DNA of 64,000 nt, taken from NCBI GenBank assembly GCA_902593125.1, contig CACJGU010000003.1:46905-110904 (forward strand), read 5' to 3'. The notes below the pieces were generated by a model that did no database searches, was not told the origin of the DNA, and saw only the letters and a list, made by a program, of their open reading frames with translations. Source of the stretch: an uncultured Alphaproteobacteria bacterium. Its GTDB lineage: Bacteria; Pseudomonadota; Alphaproteobacteria; HIMB59; GCA-002718135. The translations under genes were made by a program, and so were the position numbers. Below, in pieces: positions 61,877-64,000 of this stretch (position 1 is its first letter; every line of letters starts with the position of its first letter).

Positions 61877-62944
61877 ATGGGATTTGAAGATATATTTAAA
61901 CATAAACCTCAAATAAAAGAAAGTGCTAATGCACGTGTCAATCTAATTGGAGAGCATACTGATTACACCGGAGGTTATGTTATGCCTACTTTGTTGAATT
62001 TTAAAAATACTGTTGAACTATCAAAAAATGATGAAAAAAAATTTGTTGTATTTTCACAATATTTTAATGAAAAAAAAGTTTTTAATGATTTTATTAAATC
62101 AAAAAATAGTGATTGGTCTGATTATATAAAAGGATGTTTTTTTATTTTTTTTGATGAGAACAAAAAGATCAAATTAGAACATTTTAATATGTATATCAAA
62201 TCCACAATTCCATTAGGACGTGGTATTTCATCTTCATCGGCACTATGTGTATCAATATTAAAAGCATTGAATACATATTTTAATACTCAAATAAATGAAA
62301 AGCATTTGGCTATTTTGGCGAAGAAAGTTGAAAATGAATATATTGGTATCTCTAGTGGTATAATGGATCAAATGGTTTCTTCAATTGGCAGGTATGAAAA
62401 AGCATTTTTTTTAGATTGTCTCAATTTAAAATATGAACTTATAAATTTTCCATCAAATTGGAAATTTTGCCTTATTGATTCTGAGGTACAAAGAAATTTA
62501 CGAAGTAGCTCATACAACGATCGTTTTAATGAATTAAAGATAGCGGAAAAAGAACTTGATGTTGAATATTTAGGTGGAGTTGATTTAAATAAATTTGATT
62601 CAGATAAAATTTCAGATCCAACAGTTATAAAACGAGCAAGACATGTTGTGAGTGAAAACAACAGAGTCTTGAAAGCCAAAGAATGTTTGTTAAAAGATGA
62701 TATCAATCAATTTGGTAAATTAATGATTGAAAGTCATAATTCCTACTCAAAGGATTTTGAAGCATCTACTGCAGATGTTGATGAAATTGTTAAAAGATCA
62801 TTTCAATGTGGAGCTTTAGGAGCAAGATTAACAGGTGGTGGATTTGGAGGTTTTACTGTTTCTCTAATAGAAAAAGAAAAATTTTCAGATTGGTATAAAA
62901 AAATTAATAAATATTACCCTAAAGAAAAAATATTTGAAGTATAA
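61877..62944 (+). CDS. galK: GHMP-family galactokinase-like sugar 1-kinase
   Basis: 355 aa with the galactokinase signature RVNLIGEHTDY, GHMP motif PLGRGISSSSAL, and GGGFGG. Confidence 0.83.
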   Translation: MGFEDIFKHKPQIKESANARVNLIGEHTDYTGGYVMPTLLNFKNTVELSKNDEKKFVVFSQYFNEKKVFNDFIKSKNSDWSDYIKGCFFIFFDENKKIKLEHFNMYIKSTIPLGRGISSSSALCVSILKALNTYFNTQINEKHLAILAKKVENEYIGISSGIMDQMVSSIGRYEKAFFLDCLNLKYELINFPSNWKFCLIDSEVQRNLRSSSYNDRFNELKIAEKELDVEYLGGVDLNKFDSDKISDPTVIKRARHVVSENNRVLKAKECLLKDDINQFGKLMIESHNSYSKDFEASTADVDEIVKRSFQCGALGARLTGGGFGGFTVSLIEKEKFSDWYKKINKYYPKEKIFEV

Positions 62945-62945
62945 G

Positions 62946-64000
62946 TTATTTTAATAGCCTTCTTAATTTACCTTCTGTAGAATCATGATCAATATAACAT
63001 CCTTGTAAATGTCTAAATCCAGTATTCGGATCAAATTTTGATCTTCCGTGTAATGTACGTAAATTATCAAACATAGCAATCATACCTTTAGATAATCTAA
63101 ATTTAATTTTATATTGATCAGAATTACAAAGTTCATACATACATTTTCTAGCTCTATAAAAAGTTTTTAATTTTTCTTGATTTAGAAGCGGGACATAATC
63201 CAATCTTCCACTAAAACTAATTTGCTTAAACTCACCATCATCATCTAGCTCAATAAGTTTGGATTTATTCTCTAATATAACATCAGCATCAGTAAACTTA
63301 AAATTTACATTAGTGTTAGTCAGTATGTGATAAAATTCTTTATTGTTATTTTTTAAATATTCAGCAACACTAAAACCATCAACTAAGCTTGAATCACCCC
63401 CTGTTGATTCATTTGCTATACAATGCAAAAGTTGGATACCAGGTACGGGCTTACGATATGGATTATCAGAATGTGATTTTAATTCTAAAGCAGTATATGC
63501 TAGATCATTAGGATTAGGCTTTGATACAACATTAAATAATTTTCCCCAATTAGTAGTTCGAACAGAACCAATTTTTTCAGCAAAATTTAATACTTCATTT
63601 TCCACGGCTTGCGTATTTTCGATTATTACATATCCATACTCATAGAAAGTTTCTAACATTTGAATTAAGCTTTCCGAATTTTCAAAAATCTTTTTATTAT
63701 TAAATATTTGTAAAGAGTCGTTTTTTTTCCAAATTTTTTTTTTAGGAATAACATCAATAGAATTTATTTCTTGATATAATTCTTCAACACTAATCTTTCC
63801 TTTTACACCATCAGAAAATGTAATACTTAAAAAATTATCTTTAATTGAATAACTTACAATCAATAGGTTTTCATCTAGCAATGAAGGTTCATATAATCTT
63901 TGAAGATTATTAGGATCAACAAATTCATCGCCTGATAGTCTTTCTCTAAGCCATAAACTATGTAAAATAGTACCTTTTAATACCCCTTCTTTTATAATTA
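62946..64000 (-). CDS. gamma-butyrobetaine dioxygenase/TauD-family Fe(II)/2-oxoglutarate dioxygenase (5' end beyond the window)
   Basis: The His-x-Asp context SHSDNPY and the distal His (TLHGRS) are present. The reading frame stays open upstream of the track's TTG start to position 64000 (..IIKEGVLKGTILHSLWLRERLSGDEFVDPNNLQRLYEPS-LLDEN..). HSLWLRE resembles the BBOX N-terminal-domain motif. Confidence 0.75.
   Translation of the reverse strand, partial: IIKEGVLKGTILHSLWLRERLSGDEFVDPNNLQRLYEPSLLDENLLIVSYSIKDNFLSITFSDGVKGKISVEELYQEINSIDVIPKKKIWKKNDSLQIFNNKKIFENSESLIQMLETFYEYGYVIIENTQAVENEVLNFAEKIGSVRTTNWGKLFNVVSKPNPNDLAYTALELKSHSDNPYRKPVPGIQLLHCIANESTGGDSSLVDGFSVAEYLKNNNKEFYHILTNTNVNFKFTDADVILENKSKLIELDDDGEFKQISFSGRLDYVPLLNQEKLKTFYRARKCMYELCNSDQYKIKFRLSKGMIAMFDNLRTLHGRSKFDPNTGFRHLQGCYIDHDSTEGKLRRLLK

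Noticed and set aside
705-63645. Many 60-129-aa ORFs antisense to or overlapping well-supported genes. Examples: 705..1226, 2257..2499, 4144..4883, 17215..17547, 22234..22575, 25496..26548, 28694..28960, 30717..31266, 34351..34803, 47187..47381, 48536..48841, 53793..54122, 58816..59136, 62368..62706, 63343..63645.
   Set aside because: These are shadow ORFs on the opposite strand or an alternative frame of genes with clear family motifs. Their translations are low-complexity (S/L/I/F-rich) with no recognisable motifs.

Overview
This 64-kb window comes from a very AT-rich, tightly packed bacterial chromosome. Proteins are K/N/I-rich, neighbouring genes often overlap by 1-26 nt, and most spacers are under 100 nt. 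Gene content and style fit a streamlined marine alphaproteobacterium, SAR11/Pelagibacterales-like or a HIMB59-type relative; that placement is inference only. Positions 1-31 kb are mostly housekeeping: tRNA-Phe, yacG, infA, hisD-hisG, murA, an MntR-box-controlled putative Mn transporter, an ABC-F ATPase, pdxJ, clpS-clpA, a PBP5-type carboxypeptidase, a phosphohexomutase and ugd. This stretch is interrupted at 11.5-18.6 kb by a sugar-type ABC operon and a tRNA-Thr with an att-like duplicate of its 3' half. Positions 31-64 kb are dense carbohydrate and amino-sugar accessory content. Across the window there are three CUT1 importers, one CUT2 importer and only one MalK-type ATPase. There is also one LacI-family repressor with two matching operators, GH4 and GH20 glycosidases, a nagA/NagB-II/nanE/nanK set, and several enzymes that fit no textbook pathway. 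Best candidates for undescribed biology: (1) an ADP-ribosylglycohydrolase-family enzyme fused to about 370 aa of beta-rich domains, sitting inside an ABC operon and followed by an MFS gene. (2) A LacI regulon that combines two importers, a membrane di-iron desaturase/hydroxylase-family protein, an aldehyde dehydrogenase and a GH4 enzyme. (3) An amino-sugar island with no regulator gene, containing an AstE/AspA-type deacylase plus UPF0309-like SIS pair and a GMC oxidoreductase plus enolase-superfamily pair. (4) A 47-nt tRNA-Thr 3'-half direct repeat bracketing a one-gene DUF4174 cassette. I saw no rRNA, CRISPR array, transposase, integrase or recognisable defence system. All calls rest on motif recognition and hand translation. 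No database search was run.
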